From: an uncultured Candidatus Saccharibacteria bacterium
GTDB lineage: Bacteria; Patescibacteriota; Minisyncoccia; Minisyncoccales; JANBVM01
NCBI GenBank assembly: GCA_964450805.1
Contig: CAYVDD010000001.1
Location: forward strand, 521,288-585,287
Direction: 5' to 3'
Length of the DNA stretch: 64,000 bases
Position 1 is the stretch's first letter, and each line of letters opens with the position of its first letter. The translations under genes were made by a program, and so were the position numbers. Of this stretch, positions 63,653 to 64,000 are shown piece after piece. The notes under the pieces are model-generated. The model made no database searches, was not told the DNA's origin, and saw nothing but the letters and a program-made list of their open reading frames with translations.

Positions 63653-63736
63653 TGCCCAGAGTGGGACTCGAACCCACAAGGAGTTGCCCCCACTACCACC
63701 TCAAGGTAGCATGTTTACCGGTTTCATCATCTGGGC
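63653..63736 (-). tRNA. tRNA-Leu(GAG)
   Basis: GCCCAGA/TCTGGGC, ctacc-TTGAGGT-ggtag, long variable arm, 84 nt. Confidence 0.85.
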
Positions 63737-63754
63737 ATGAGTTTAATTAAGTAG

Positions 63755-64000
63755 CTATTTTTCTTCTGACTTTACTCCAATCTCTTTTTTTTCTGAAACT
63801 TCGGTCTTTTCTTTTATTTTCACCTCCTTTTTTGGTTCTTCTGCTATTGCTTCAATGAAATCTTTTTTCTTTAATCTTGCTCTTTTACCTTTAGCTGTTC
63901 TTAAATAATAAAGTTTAGCTCTTCTTGTTTTACTTCTTCTTAAAACTTCTATTTTTTCAATCGACGGCAAATGAATGGGAAAAATTCTTTCAACACCAAC
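63755..64000 (-). CDS. rplS: 50S ribosomal protein L19 (5' end outside window) with Lys/Glu-rich C-terminal extension
   Basis: The frame is open to the window edge: [34 protein letters not shown], then about a 40-aa K/E tail. Confidence 0.85.
   Translation of the reverse strand, partial: VGVERIFPIHLPSIEKIEVLRRSKTRRAKLYYLRTAKGKRARLKKKDFIEAIAEEPKKEVKIKEKTEVSEKKEIGVKSEEK

Overview
AT-rich, tightly packed bacterial chromosome segment, mostly coded on the minus strand. No searches were run. Product calls rest on motifs I recognise in the translations, and coordinates come from reading the sequence by hand. The gene content suggests a Patescibacteria/CPR-like organism, but this is inference: short IF-2, several two-helix T4SS-pilin-like proteins, a type IV pilus cluster, 17 tRNAs without encoded CCA plus a cca gene, and DUF4446.

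Layout:
- 1-9.5 kb: membrane and pilin-like proteins, rsmA, a LysM/M23 peptidase, an inserted Gln-ladder hexapeptide-repeat gene and a dksA-like gene.
- 9.5-14.8 kb: GH3, pnp, an NYN-domain gene, rpsO and a tRNA.
- 14.9-25.1 kb: type IV pilus assembly cluster (pilB, pilC, four pilin-like genes, pilM/N/O) plus a two-component system.
- 25.2-30.7 kb: tRNAs, rny, a pilin-like/PKD pair, clpP and nusA.
- 30.8-47.7 kb: a large lipid/CoA gene block. It holds plsY, a biotin-dependent carboxylase set, birA, two plsC, fabK, a FabZ-FabK-like fusion, fabG, bioY, a DUF35-DUF362 fusion, an archaeal-type dephospho-CoA kinase, a thiolase, a FakA-like protein, a CarS-like protein, a PHP phosphoesterase and a CDP-alcohol phosphatidyltransferase.
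- 47.7-50.15 kb: tRNAs, cca, and a pilin-like gene embedded in a tRNA operon.
- 50.15-57.6 kb: the most unusual region. About 10 short, mostly unrecognisable ORFs are separated by a repeated composite junction (about 22-nt core, variable middle, conserved hairpin, extended -10 box). It lies directly 3' of tRNA-His and no recombinase is in view.
- 57.7-64 kb: htrA, tRNA clusters, a 3D-domain protein, rbfA, infB, DUF4446, a panE-like gene and partial rplS.

No rRNA, CRISPR array or recognisable IS/transposase was seen.
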